A DNA stretch of 63,883 nt, filler included, from Globobulimina sp. (Eukaryota), in NCBI GenBank assembly GCA_003354225.1. It is 53 parts of 53 records of this genome, joined end to end, with 100 filler letters (N's around TTAATTAATTAA, not from the genome) between each part and the next. Parts side by side here need not be neighbours in the genome. Positions count along the whole stretch, not along the records: positions 9,665 to 10,772 come from PIVH01023319.1; positions 10,873 to 11,980 come from PIVH01023320.1; positions 12,081 to 13,188 come from PIVH01023321.1; positions 13,289 to 14,396 come from PIVH01023322.1; positions 14,497 to 15,604 come from PIVH01023323.1; positions 15,705 to 16,812 come from PIVH01023324.1; positions 16,913 to 18,020 come from PIVH01023325.1; positions 18,121 to 19,228 come from PIVH01023326.1; 45 more parts are not named here. One strand, written 5' to 3'. The translations under genes and the position numbers were made by a program. The notes under the pieces were generated by a model. That model was not told the origin of the DNA. It did no database searches and saw only the letters and a program-made list of their open reading frames with translations. Positions 10,467-21,973 of this stretch are shown piece after piece. Every line of letters begins with the position of its first letter. Position 1 is the stretch's first letter.

Positions 10467-12080
10467 AAATGAGCACATCCATTGTTTTGCACTTTTGTAA
10501 TAATACAGTTGTCTTTCGCTTTTTTTTTATGTTTCTGGGCTGATGCCTTTATTTTTTGTTCGTACAAACATGAAAAAAAACACGTATATCCGCTCTGTGC
10601 AAGGATATATTCCAAGATACATTTGGAATTTGGATATAATAATACATTACAATGTCATTTAATATAATTCACAGTCATTATAACTGTCTGTCCTTTGTTG
10701 ATATGACAAGTATAAAAAAAAACGGAGGAGATAATATTTTTTTTGATATAGGCTTTGTCAAAGCGACTAAAGNNNNNNNNNNNNNNNNNNNNNNNNNNNN
10801 NNNNNNNNNNNNNNNNTTAATTAATTAANNNNNNNNNNNNNNNNNNNNNNNNNNNNNNNNNNNNNNNNNNNNTAGTTGGATTTATAATGAATATATTTCA
10901 ATGAATAAAGAGTTAAATCAATTAAATCAAACACAATTTAAAATATCATTAAATATCACAACAAATTCAGAAAATAAAAAAGAAGATACCTTATGTTTTG
11001 ACAGATTGTAATCTTAATTGTAGTTTCGTGCTTTTTTCGTTTTCTTTTTGAGAATGATCATTTAATTTTGTTTTTTAATTTTTTGCTGTGCAAATTAATT
11101 GTGCTCTCCTTGGATGTAACCGAAATTAAAATGTATTGACCGAGTGGTTTCAATTTAAAGGTAAATTAAATATTTTAATAATCGATTGATAAAATCCGAC
11201 ATTAATTGATTATTTGAGCTAAATCCGACATTTAATTTGAGCTAAATCTAATTTTTTTAATACATTTGTGTAGGAAAGCATTTGATACGAATGTCCAAAC
11301 ACTTCTCATTTCTCAATAGCAAATTCCTTGTGATGTGATATATGGTTGTTTCGATTTGTGTATTTAAATAAGTGCACGGAAGAACTTTACTGCTGCAATG
11401 GTTGGTATATCACAAATGGGTAAGTTCTGTTCGATAATAGTTATATTGGTATACATATGGACATGATACACACATCACAGAATATGGAGAATTTACCGCG
11501 GAAAACAACACTGATTGTCAGGTGCATAACTTTATCAGCTTTAATCAGAGAATGTATAATATCCAACCAAATTGCCAAATTGCACAAATGAAATAGCAAA
11601 TATCATACTGGTGGTAACAACAGGTACTACAGATATAATATATGCCACCACCATATGCGTCATGTCTTGCTTCTAACCCGTCCTTTGAATAAATACCTTA
11701 TTAGGCATTTTTGCTTTATCGTAAAAATCTATTTTCTAAGGGAAAAAACTGATTTTTTCTGTTTAAAAACAGATTTTTACGATAAAGCAAAAATGCCTAT
11801 TGTCCCCGACAACTATTTACGCAAATTCGCATTATAATTATTTAAAAATGTGCGGTTGGGATACTATCAAGGAATATCACGACCCGCGACCGTATCGGAA
11901 ATCGCGTGAAGGGACAACAGTGTTGCGGCCAGGCAGAGCACTTTTAACCATGCCCAATAACCAACGCGATAAGCAACAATNNNNNNNNNNNNNNNNNNNN
12001 NNNNNNNNNNNNNNNNNNNNNNNNTTAATTAATTAANNNNNNNNNNNNNNNNNNNNNNNNNNNNNNNNNNNNNNNNNNNN

Positions 12081-13188
12081 CATAAAATACATCTAAATTA
12101 CCCCGTATTTGCCCTACGACTCTGTCTCCCCTATTTTGCCACCAATACATTTGTGCGCTTCATCCAATTGCTGGAGTTCAATAATTATAAATGGCAGTTA
12201 TTGTTTCATAACGTCTGCACCGAATTGGTGCCAATGCACAAAGAGACGCTGATCAACCAATGTTTTAAAGACTTTTCAATCTTACAATTTGTGCAGGAAA
12301 TGTACCACAACAACAACGACAACAACAGCGCGCCGAGCATGGCGGTCAATCAGTTGTATGTTGACATTTTGTTAAATATGTTGAATTTGAAAAGCACGCC
12401 GCCGACAAATAAGTTGTTATTGCAAATCATGCCGCATTTGACTGGCAAACATATGAAGAACGCGGAGAATTTGATGATTTTAAATTGGATTTGTTCGAAG
12501 GTGCACTTGAATAAGGAGCAGTTTTGTGTGTTGTTGAAGTGTTTGATCGCAAATATCAGCGATAATAATGAGGAGGAGGTGAACCAGAGATTGGTTTTAA
12601 GCATTGATTACATGCTAAGCTCGCAGCATATTCATGAGTTATCCGAGGATATTGTGGCTGTGTTGTGCACCACGCAGATTTTTAAGATTGTTACTGAAGT
12701 GAGAGGCAAATTTATGATCAAATTGGCGGTGTTTATGATTAAACAGTTGATATTTTATAAAATGTTGCGTGTGAATGAGTTGTTGTTTATGTACAAATTC
12801 GATGAGGATATCATTTGTAATGAGATATTTTCGCAGTTGCAACAGAATGAAATTACACAGCTCAAAATACCAAGTAATTATAACGAGTTATTGTGTACGC
12901 CGACGTTGATAAATGTGCTTAATCCGGATTATAATTACGAAAATTTACAAAATATAATCTGTAAATATGCGCAGAAAACAGAGGTTATAAAGATTATCAT
13001 TGACAAAATTGTGGAGAGGTTTAACGAGAAACAATTGAACAATCATCAAATGACAGATTTATTAATGGTTTGTTTAAAACATTGCCCGGTATTAAACCAG
13101 AAAGTATTTGATATTTTATTTGATTATAAATTATTATTAGTCAATCAACGAAACGTAATAGAAATCGTAAGACATATTTTCCAAATAA
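12081..13188 (+). CDS. UTP10: U3 snoRNP protein UTP10/HEATR1, N-terminal region (partial)
   Basis: CLPYFATNTFVRFIQLL...W...VPMHKETLINQCFKDFSILQFV matches the remembered HEATR1 N-terminal pattern. Confidence 0.7.
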
Positions 13189-13288
13189 NNNNNNNNNNNN
13201 NNNNNNNNNNNNNNNNNNNNNNNNNNNNNNNNTTAATTAATTAANNNNNNNNNNNNNNNNNNNNNNNNNNNNNNNNNNNNNNNNNNNN

Positions 13289-13662
13289 GATTGAAAAGGC
13301 TCCTGCTTTTAGATGGCGATAAATATACTGCAGGTGTGGAACCTTTGGACATATTTATTAAAGGAGACTATCTGAACAATTCTTATTATAACATATTGTA
13401 TCTAATCTCCCAAAACATTCAAGGCATTCTAGCCAACAACACCATTGTAAGAGCCCTGACAGAGATCACTGAAGATACCAAGCTGTACGAAGCGGGGGAT
13501 TCGATCGAATTCCATAAATCGAACCCAACTTATCACAAATGGGTTGGTGGAGATGTATCAGGCAAAGTGGAGGTCCATTTAACAAACAGTATCAATCAAC
13601 CACTACATATGGATGATGGGTTTTTATTCGTTGTACTTCATTTTATAAAAAATGATGAGTGA
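13289..13662 (+). CDS. Polinton/adintovirus-like minor capsid protein (penton), C-terminal part
   Basis: SQNIQGILANNTIVRAL...NPTYHKW...KVEVHLTNSINQPLHMDDGFLFVVLHF resembles the penton C-terminus, which ends in ..VxLHF; lies upstream of the MCP. Confidence 0.65.
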
Positions 13663-13720
13663 CATCCTATGTACCTCTATAAATACTATAAATAACAGTA
13701 CCATTTGTTTAAAATTAGTT

Positions 13721-13870
13721 ATGGCTACATTTGTTCGAGGTGATGACTTGTTAAAGTTTGGAATAAAACGCTTTACTTACCAAGCTCCAACAATACAACC
13801 CAAACAAAAACGAAAAATCTCCGACCAATTTAAACAGAACAAAAAACGCCGAACCATCAAAAATGCCTAG
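13721..13870 (+). CDS. Small basic protein between penton and MCP (putative core/DNA-binding protein)
   Basis: 49-aa ORF with Lys/Arg-rich tail (PKQKRKISDQFKQNKKRRTIK); its stop overlaps the MCP start. Confidence 0.4.
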   Translation: MATFVRGDDLLKFGIKRFTYQAPTIQPKQKRKISDQFKQNKKRRTIKNA

Positions 13871-14396
13871 ACCGAAGAAAGGTGTGACAAACAATATGGT
13901 AATAATAATAATAATAATAATTTTGTTATATTCATATCATTTTAATATGTATCACACATTCTTTTTAGTTCGCCGCAGAAAATGGTGTAGATGACTTCAC
14001 TCAAAACTACACCATAGAAACTCTGCCATGCATAACAAAAATGCCGATAGTCGGTTCTGGAACACCATTTAGATTCTTAATAAAATCGATAAAGGGCGAA
14101 TACATTGACCCAAATCATTTGGTGTTGTATCTAAAGTTTAAAATATGGAAACAGTCGGCTGATGGCACGAAAACTGCATTACCCGAAGGAGAGAAGATGG
14201 CACCCTACTGTGGATTTCTGTACACCATGTTCAAGGTACAGCTAATGTTTTGAAAATTTTTAAATGTTTTTCAATCCATTTTTAAGGATATAATGGTCGA
14301 CTTCAATGGAGTGACAGTGTACACAACCCATCAACAATACCAACATTTGGCATACCTTGGAATTTTGCTTAATGCACCCCACTCGATGAAGAAAAC
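13863..14396 (+). CDS. Polinton/adintovirus-like major capsid protein (double jelly-roll), N-terminal part, two introns
   Basis: Exons 13863-13898, 13969-14235, 14287-14396 (GT-AG introns of 70 and 51 nt) give ...TPFRFLIKSIKGEYIDPNHLVLYLKFKI...APYCGFLYTMFK|DIMVDFNGVTVYTTHQQYQHLAYLGILLNAPHSMKK. Confidence 0.8.
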
Positions 14397-14526
14397 NNNN
14401 NNNNNNNNNNNNNNNNNNNNNNNNNNNNNNNNNNNNNNNNTTAATTAATTAANNNNNNNNNNNNNNNNNNNNNNNNNNNNNNNNNNNNNNNNNNNNCATT
14501 ATTTCTAAATAAGAAACCTCCTGGGG

Positions 14527-14773
14527 GCCAGACCTTAGAGGTCTGGCTTTTTTTTTTTGCCCAAGGTCGGACCTTAGAGGTCCGACCTACTCCCTAAAGG
14601 GTCGGACCTTAGAGGTCCGACCCGTGCCCCTAAAAGGTCCGACCGCTGCGGTCGGACAAGGGTCCGACCGCAGCGGTCGGACGGGCCCGGACATATAATG
14701 TCCGGGGTGAGGCAAGGGGGTTGGCTGCCCCGCCGCCTAAGGCCCCGCGTGTGCCCTACGGGCACACGCGGGG
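14527..14773. repeat. GC-rich array of seven perfect hairpins
   Basis: Stems at 14527-14547, 14564-14588, 14599-14623, 14637-14657, 14662-14682, 14686-14706, 14743-14773. Confidence 0.93.
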
Positions 14774-14893
14774 GTTTTTATCTTATTACCTGATTCGACA
14801 ACTAATGAAGAATGTCTACTTTATATACTCGAGGTTCATCCTATTTTTGCGATGTTGTCATCTTTTTGTGATGATGAATAAAATTTTATTTAT

Positions 14894-15565
14894 TTACAAC
14901 AACGATACATAACCGTATGGATGAGTAGAGTTTTTATTTTGTGGCCAGGTTTCTTCCGTGTTGAGCAGCATCGATTTGTCGTGCCTGAACCGTACTATTT
15001 TCTTGCTGTAAATCTCTTCTTTGAGTTTGGCTTTGAATCTGTCTCTAACGAGCCGCGGTTGTGGCACAATCAATCCGGAAGCTTTCTTGCTCGACCTGCT
15101 CTTGAACCATTTTTGTTGCATAAACGCGTCGAGACACGGTTTGACCAAGTCGTGGGGTAATTGATATCTACCCAAACGTTTATAGAATTCGTCGAAGGAC
15201 TGTCTTGGGGAAGCACCATCTTCGCCGACCATCTTCATGTCGATCAGATCATTCCAGAGTTGCCTATCATCAAACGAGTCCCTGATGCTCGATCCCAGAG
15301 CACCCAAATGTATTCCTGAAATATATGACTTACTACAATTTTTACTATTTTCTTATACCTTTTGACTTGATGATGGTTCTTTTGGGTTGCCAGGTGATGG
15401 GGTTTTCACCCGTTTTGATGGCCACTTCCACCCTATACGTCTTCGGTGCTATGCACTGGAAGCATGTGATGAACTCATTATTTTTAAGTTCATTGGTGAG
15501 TTGACCCAAAGCTTCACCTCTGATGGGTTCTGCTTCACCAGGGATACTCAGATAAACCAGGCTGT
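14894..15565 (-). CDS. Protein-primed family B DNA polymerase (Polinton pPolB), C-terminal part, spliced
   Basis: Exon 15565-15359 reads (D)SLVY...GEALGQLTNEL...ITCFQCIAPKTY...TIIKSK; after the 43-nt GT-AG intron 15316-15358 it continues GIHL...LVRD...KKIVRFRHDK...THPYGY. These are the DTDS, LGxLTxE, PKxY, KxKG and terminal PYGY motifs. Confidence 0.85.
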
Positions 15566-16233
15566 CTGAAAAGAGTGTTGGTATATTTTTGTTAAAAGAT
15601 AACANNNNNNNNNNNNNNNNNNNNNNNNNNNNNNNNNNNNNNNNNNNNTTAATTAATTAANNNNNNNNNNNNNNNNNNNNNNNNNNNNNNNNNNNNNNNN
15701 NNNNTTATCTTTTGCAGACGCAAGAATCCGATTTGTTTGAAGGTTTGAATTATCATTCGCCTGCCCGGCAGAAGTAGCAACCAGCAATACACCAAACAAT
15801 ACAACAATTTTATTCATATACCCCCCTTTCCTGATTCTGAATTAATAGGGTTCAGGTGATATAAATACAGGCCCGTATATTCAAATGTTAGCTCATGTGG
15901 CCCCTTACAGGTGGAATTCAATTTCGAGCTGTTTGTAAAACACATATATCACAAAAATCAGTTTGTCAAATTATAGCCGAGTCTAGAATACATTCCGATT
16001 GCCTGCCTGGAACCATAAAATTACTTATTTCGGAAAATATATGAGTTGATTCCAGACATGCGTTACCTGATACTGACAAATATTGCCCCTGCAAAACAAT
16101 TTCAAAATTTAACGGGGTAGTTGCCAGTGATCAGTGAAGATTTGGTATTATAAGCAGTTGGATTTTATTTGTTATTTGAGTTCTTTGATTTGAAATTAAT
16201 GAGCTGTTTGTTTGCACAAACCTCTACGCCGGC

Positions 16234-16266
16234 TATAACCACATGCACGAATGGCATGTGGTTATA
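16234..16266. terminator. 13-bp stem-loop downstream of the cytochrome gene (possible terminator)
   Basis: TATAACCACATGC-acgaatg-GCATGTGGTTATA; no clear U-tract. Confidence 0.35.
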
Positions 16267-16358
16267 AGGTGTCAGAAAACAGCAGTGGTTATTTTTTTTA
16301 AAAATGTTTCATGAAGAATGATCGCATGTAATAAGAGCTTCATACGAATCCAGATTGA

Positions 16359-16812
16359 CTAATAGATGCCCGGATGTACCGGGGGCAACGGATAGTAGCC
16401 TTTGTCAAAATGGTCCATTATTTTGTCAGCCTCATCATCAGACACTTCAGCTCCCTTTTTCCGCATCTTCTTGATGATTTCTTTTGATAAGGTGCCCTTT
16501 TTATGGGCTGTCACAATCCGATCAAGTACGTGACATTTTGTACATTTCTGTACCAGCAGGTGACGGCTGGGGGCTGCAAGAAACGCTGCAATTTCCTCGG
16601 CTTCCTTGTCAGAGAGATCTGCGCCTTTCTTTTTTTGCATCTTCAATATTGTTTCAAGAAAACCCTTCTTTGACATGTGCATCTTTTTGGCCTTGTCGGA
16701 CTTATGGCATTTGCTGCACTTTGTTTCCATAAGTTCTGAAACAGCGACCTTTTGCTTATTCTCCTCAGCAAAGACACTGGATACAAACACGAAAAGTATC
16801 CCCATAAAAAAG
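16359..16812 (-). CDS. Bacterial periplasmic di-haem c-type cytochrome with internally duplicated domain
   Basis: Signal peptide (..SSVFA|EE), two CxxCH motifs (CSKCH, CTKCH), each followed by I.KM.KK.GA..SD.EA; a second signal-peptide ORF with GGGGGG SD starts near 15817 on the same strand. Confidence 0.85.
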
Positions 16813-16912
16813 NNNNNNNNNNNNNNNNNNNNNNNNNNNNNNNNNNNNNNNNNNNNTTAATTAATTAANNNNNNNNNNNNNNNNNNNNNNNNNNNNNNNN
16901 NNNNNNNNNNNN

Positions 16913-17110
16913 ATGAAATGAAATAATTTTAAATGAAACTGGAATTAAAAGAAATTGAAACGATTTGAAATAATTTGAAATGAAATGATTTGAAATGAAA
17001 TGAAATGAAACGATTTGAAATGAATTGATTTGGGCACAAACTATGAAACTAGTCTGAAAAGAATTGGATTTGGGCACCAACCATTCATTGAAATGAATTG
17101 AAATGAACTT
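16913..17110. repeat. Degenerate (GAAAT)n simple satellite
   Basis: Runs of tgaaatgaaatg / tttgaaat. Confidence 0.7.
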
Positions 17111-18120
17111 AAATGAGTTGATATGGGCGCCAACCCAATAACTGGTATGCAAGGAATTCATATGGGCGCCAATCCAATAATTGATATAGAATCAACTGAA
17201 TTGAAAAAGGGGCACCATCCCAATAACTGGAATAAAGAATGAATTGGGCACAGACTCATGAACTGGAAGGAGAAGAAGCTGTGGAGAATCAAGTCCAACG
17301 CACTTGTGTCAAACACAAATTATATATTTCCTGTTAATTAATCACAAAAAATCACGCTAGCGCAATAATCGCATAAAAATACTTTATTTTCAGTGTCTGT
17401 TACGACATATTGACTATCCGACGTGAGTGACGTATTTTAAAGTTGACTTAAGAGGAAAACTTGTGGTTTACGAACACTCGAGACAAACCTGTGTATAAAC
17501 ATAGAAAAGATTTCGAAAGTATTAATTGTAATACTAACAAACAATTAATAAAATATTATTGTAAAAAGTAATGTGTGATATATGATATTTTGTGATATGT
17601 TGAGTTGAAAAAATAATTGAATATTTTGAAACATGATTATACCAACAACACGAATATTCATATTCAGAATTTGGATTCAGCAGCATTGCAAATTGGATTC
17701 AGAATTTGTAATAATCCAACTGAGACTATGTATGTACAATACTAAGTTGACAACAATTGATGCGGAGGCATCCAATATGTAGTTTGCAAATGAAACGATG
17801 TTTTTAGTAACAACATTCAACAACTTTAATTGGTCTCTTTACTTTGAATGTAATGTATTATCATATTAAAAGAAGCAAATACGAATGGACAGAAACAAAT
17901 AATTATTTTTTTAACAGTATAATAAACGCAGCATCATTTTGTAAACACACATTCAAGCAAATAAGTTATTATTTATTTTGTGAGTTTAACACATAAATAA
18001 TTTAATTAATATTAATTTAGNNNNNNNNNNNNNNNNNNNNNNNNNNNNNNNNNNNNNNNNNNNNTTAATTAATTAANNNNNNNNNNNNNNNNNNNNNNNN
18101 NNNNNNNNNNNNNNNNNNNN

Positions 18121-18881
18121 GCTATCAAACAAAAAAATATAATCACACACTGAACATAATTAAATACAATAACACAAAATAAATTGCAGATCGAAAAGTG
18201 GTTTAAATCATCGCCAATAAACAGCAAAATACAATCCATCACATTTATGGGTTTTAATGCAAACAATGGCTGGAATGGTGGCATGCATTCAAATGAGGCG
18301 GATAATAGGTAATGTAATGAGTTTATGTTACACCGATGGTTTGTATTTTTATTTTTATTTTTATTCTTTAATTTATTTAAATAATAACACCAAATCGCTA
18401 TAAACAACAGCCACACCATCTTTTGCCGCGATTCAATGGCATGGCGGGATAACTCGTCCACCAAATGGCACAATCGAATTGCATCGCCATTCTTGTTACA
18501 ATGTGCCGCATTTAAAGGCCTAAGCAACAGTGTAATTCGCCCAACAAATCGCTGAGCCAATTGTATATTATTAATGTTTAATGAAAATAATTTGAAAAAT
18601 TTCCGAAATAAATTCAAAATATCGGTTTCCGCCATGTGTGGCAAGCCCATCAACACATTTTTTAGACAAATAATACTCGATTTATCATCAAATGGCAATG
18701 CATTGTAATAGAGGGTGACAAAATATTGTGACACCGTTTCACAAATAATAATATGAGTATCTTTTAAATTTATTTTATTACGCGATGCGGATTCCAGCCA
18801 TTCGCTTAATGCGTCAATCCCCGCTGCATTGCCATTATTTATCATTTTTATTATTTTATTCAATCTGTCGGTATTATCCAT
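18121..18881 (-). CDS. Hypothetical eukaryotic protein
   Basis: Long ORF, no motif recognised. Confidence 0.4.
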
Positions 18882-19334
18882 GTTTTTGCTGTCGCCATTG
18901 ACTGCATGTTATATTATCATTTTTTATTGTTTTTATGTGCAAACACGTTATATTATATAGAAAATAAATAGATTAAATAACTCAGTTTAATCCAATGGTT
19001 GGCTCCGTCATTGGCATTGTTCCCGCCATTGCCATCACGTCTGTCTCTATTGCAGTTGTTATGGTTGTGGTTATTGTTGTGGTTATTATTCATATCGCTG
19101 CTTCTCTCCTCTTTTCGATCGCTATCGTTATTATTTTTTATTCCGAGGAGTACTTTTTCTCCTTTTTTTACGTATATCGGGAGAGAAACATCGCGTAGAT
19201 GTGCTGCCATGACATTGGCATTATTTCCNNNNNNNNNNNNNNNNNNNNNNNNNNNNNNNNNNNNNNNNNNNNTTAATTAATTAANNNNNNNNNNNNNNNN
19301 NNNNNNNNNNNNNNNNNNNNNNNNNNNNGATGCA

Positions 19335-20408
19335 TTGGAACGCGCATTGATGATATCAGTGCAAAACGCGAGCGCATTGGAACATGCATTAAGGATATCG
19401 GCAAAACAAGCAATCCCAACGAGCACTAATCACAATAATCATATTAATGACAACAATGACAACCGGCCGCGGAATAATAAACAGCAAAATGTGGTTATAT
19501 CCCTTGTTGAAAAACGAACGTATTTTTGTCGGATATGTGTTCCAAACAAAAAATATAAATCAAAAAAGCATTATGATAAACATATGGCACAACATAATAA
19601 TAATAGTCGACCATCCATAGTGGGTAAAAGAAAACATTTTGATCCGCCAAATACCAATCCACCAAGAATAAAATATAAAAAATGTGAACGTGAATCATCA
19701 TTGCTTACAGCCACAAAAAATAATAACAATACGAATAATAATAATATTGGACCATCCATAATGGGTAAAAGAAGACATTTTGATCCACCAAATACAAATA
19801 CATCTCGTCCAAGAAAAAAACACAAAAAATGTGAAATTGAATCCTCAATTACAGTCACAAAAATTAAATGTGATTTGGATATGGTTAAATTGCAAAGAAA
19901 TTCATATCTAAATAATAAAAACGGTGGTTGTTATATAAAATATAATGGGGAACCCTATCGATTGAAATTATATATTAATAAACTTACTGCTCACTTACAA
20001 ATGGCAAAAGCGAATGGCGTTTATTGTGAATATGAAGAATTGGGAAATGTAGATTATATTATTGTCATTGCACAGGATAACAATCGGAATAAATCCAACA
20101 TTTATTTGTCAGATTTTGCTGTGTTGCTGGATTCGAATGGGATTAAAAGATTAAAATTAACGCCAATTGTCAGGAAATATTACATTATGGAAAGGGAGCA
20201 AAGAATGGTTCATTGCAAAGGATATATGGTTCGATATACGCAATCAAGACAAGAAACAATGAATAAAATATGTGATTATTATTATAAATTGTTATATTTT
20301 TTCAATCATCGCAATGCGGGAAAAGAATTAATTTTGACAAAGCGGGGAATGCCGTATTCATTTCAAGAATTTCAAGAGACGGAAAGAAATATAATTATTT
20401 TGGATTAG
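19335..20408 (+). CDS. C2H2 zinc-finger protein with internal duplication
   Basis: CRIC...HYDKHMAQH; two copies of PSI.GKR.HFDPPNTN...KKCE.ESS. Confidence 0.6.
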   Translation: MERALMISVQNASALEHALRISAKQAIPTSTNHNNHINDNNDNRPRNNKQQNVVISLVEKRTYFCRICVPNKKYKSKKHYDKHMAQHNNNSRPSIVGKRKHFDPPNTNPPRIKYKKCERESSLLTATKNNNNTNNNNIGPSIMGKRRHFDPPNTNTSRPRKKHKKCEIESSITVTKIKCDLDMVKLQRNSYLNNKNGGCYIKYNGEPYRLKLYINKLTAHLQMAKANGVYCEYEELGNVDYIIVIAQDNNRNKSNIYLSDFAVLLDSNGIKRLKLTPIVRKYYIMEREQRMVHCKGYMVRYTQSRQETMNKICDYYYKLLYFFNHRNAGKELILTKRGMPYSFQEFQETERNIIILD

Positions 20409-20601
20409 TCACATTCAGTTTTTTAAATAATTTTTNNNNNNNNNNNNNNNNNNNNNNNNNNNNNNNNNNNNNNNNNNNNTTAATTAATTAANNNNNNNNN
20501 NNNNNNNNNNNNNNNNNNNNNNNNNNNNNNNNNNNTATAGGTGCAGGTACTATTAATTGTTAATTTTAATTCCATATAAACTAACAACTTGCCGCATGTA
20601 G

Positions 20602-21642
20602 TGATTGGATGTGCGGATCAGATGTCTGCAACGATGAAGAGGTACGATCTGTTGCACGAGCTAGCAATGACTAAGAACGGAATGAAAGATGTAGGATGGA
20701 ATAGGCTCAATCTTGATGATTGTTGGGAAGCTTGCTGGGTATATTTGTAGCACCACACTTTCCATTTTATATTTGCTTATATATATATAAATAAAATGTG
20801 CGTTTTGTAGCGTTCCGATGGATATGATGTCGGATCAATATTAGCAGCACCAGCAAGATTTCCATATGGAATGAATAACTTAACAGCTTACTTACATGCA
20901 ATGGATTTTAAGTTTGGATTATATACCTCGGCAGGGACTAGCACTTGCAATCCCGGAGCAAGGCCATGTTTGGTGCCCGGCAGTTATGGTCATTATGAAG
21001 AAGATGCACTGACATTCGCCAACTGGGGAGTGGATTATGTCAAGTTGGATTGGTGTGGGAAGGAAACAAAAAACTATACATTGCAACAGACACAATTCTC
21101 ACTTGCATTGAATGCAACTGGAAGGGAAATGTGGTTTGAGGCATGCAGAGGATATCCATATCCGCCACCACCATATTTGCCAAGCATAGCGAATTCGTGG
21201 AGGATTGACGGCGATCACGAAGATTCCTGGCCGTCCACATTAAAAGCTATCGATAATGTGGGTAGATATAATGTGACCGCTATGAGTGGCACATACAATT
21301 GGGCCTATATGGATTTCTTAATGACTGGAGGCCATGGTTGCCCCAGCATCGATCCCTCGGTGCCACATAAACATTGTCCGGGACAATCGGATATTGAGTA
21401 TGTTACAGAATTCAGTGTATGGAGTATTATGGGATCACCGTTGATTGTAGCGACTGACGTGCGGAATATGACTCAAGTAATGGATAAAATTCTACTGAAT
21501 ACCGAGGTGATTGCTGTGAATCAACAGAATGAGACACCAGTTGGAACTTTATTGACTCAAAGTGACTGCGATGCAAATGTTACAGATGCATGCCGGATAT
21601 TTACACGACACTTGAATGATGGAAGTATTGCTGTTTTGTTGG
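20602..21642 (+). CDS. Alpha-galactosidase, glycoside hydrolase family 27 (partial, spliced)
   Basis: NLDDCW in the upstream exon; KFGLYTSAG, WGVDYVKLDWC, ANSWRIDGD, FSVWSIMGSPLIVATD, EVIAVNQ. Confidence 0.92.
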
Positions 21643-21973
21643 NNNNNNNNNNNNNNNNNNNNNNNNNNNNNNNNNNNNNNNNNNNNTTAATTAATTAANN
21701 NNNNNNNNNNNNNNNNNNNNNNNNNNNNNNNNNNNNNNNNNNATTGCCTTTGATAACGATAACGAGTATGTTTTGCTTTTATCCGTTGACTGCGATGCAA
21801 TTTTCTATCACCATCAGGATTTTTCTTCCATTGCTTAGATGTATTTGTAATATGTTGGAATTGCCGAGTCGATTTATCCTGTTCTGCAACATCAACCAAT
21901 TCTAATTTATATTGTTTCCGTTGGCTGCGGGTATTATAATTTCTATGTTTCTCATATCCTATACTATCCTATA

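Noticed and set aside
14574-14912. ORFs 14574-14765 and 14721-14912
   Set aside because: By-products of the GC-rich hairpin array; no protein-like features
13289-15604. Treating the capsid and pPolB contigs as one contiguous element
   Set aside because: A spacer separates them and contigs are length-sorted; linkage is unproven
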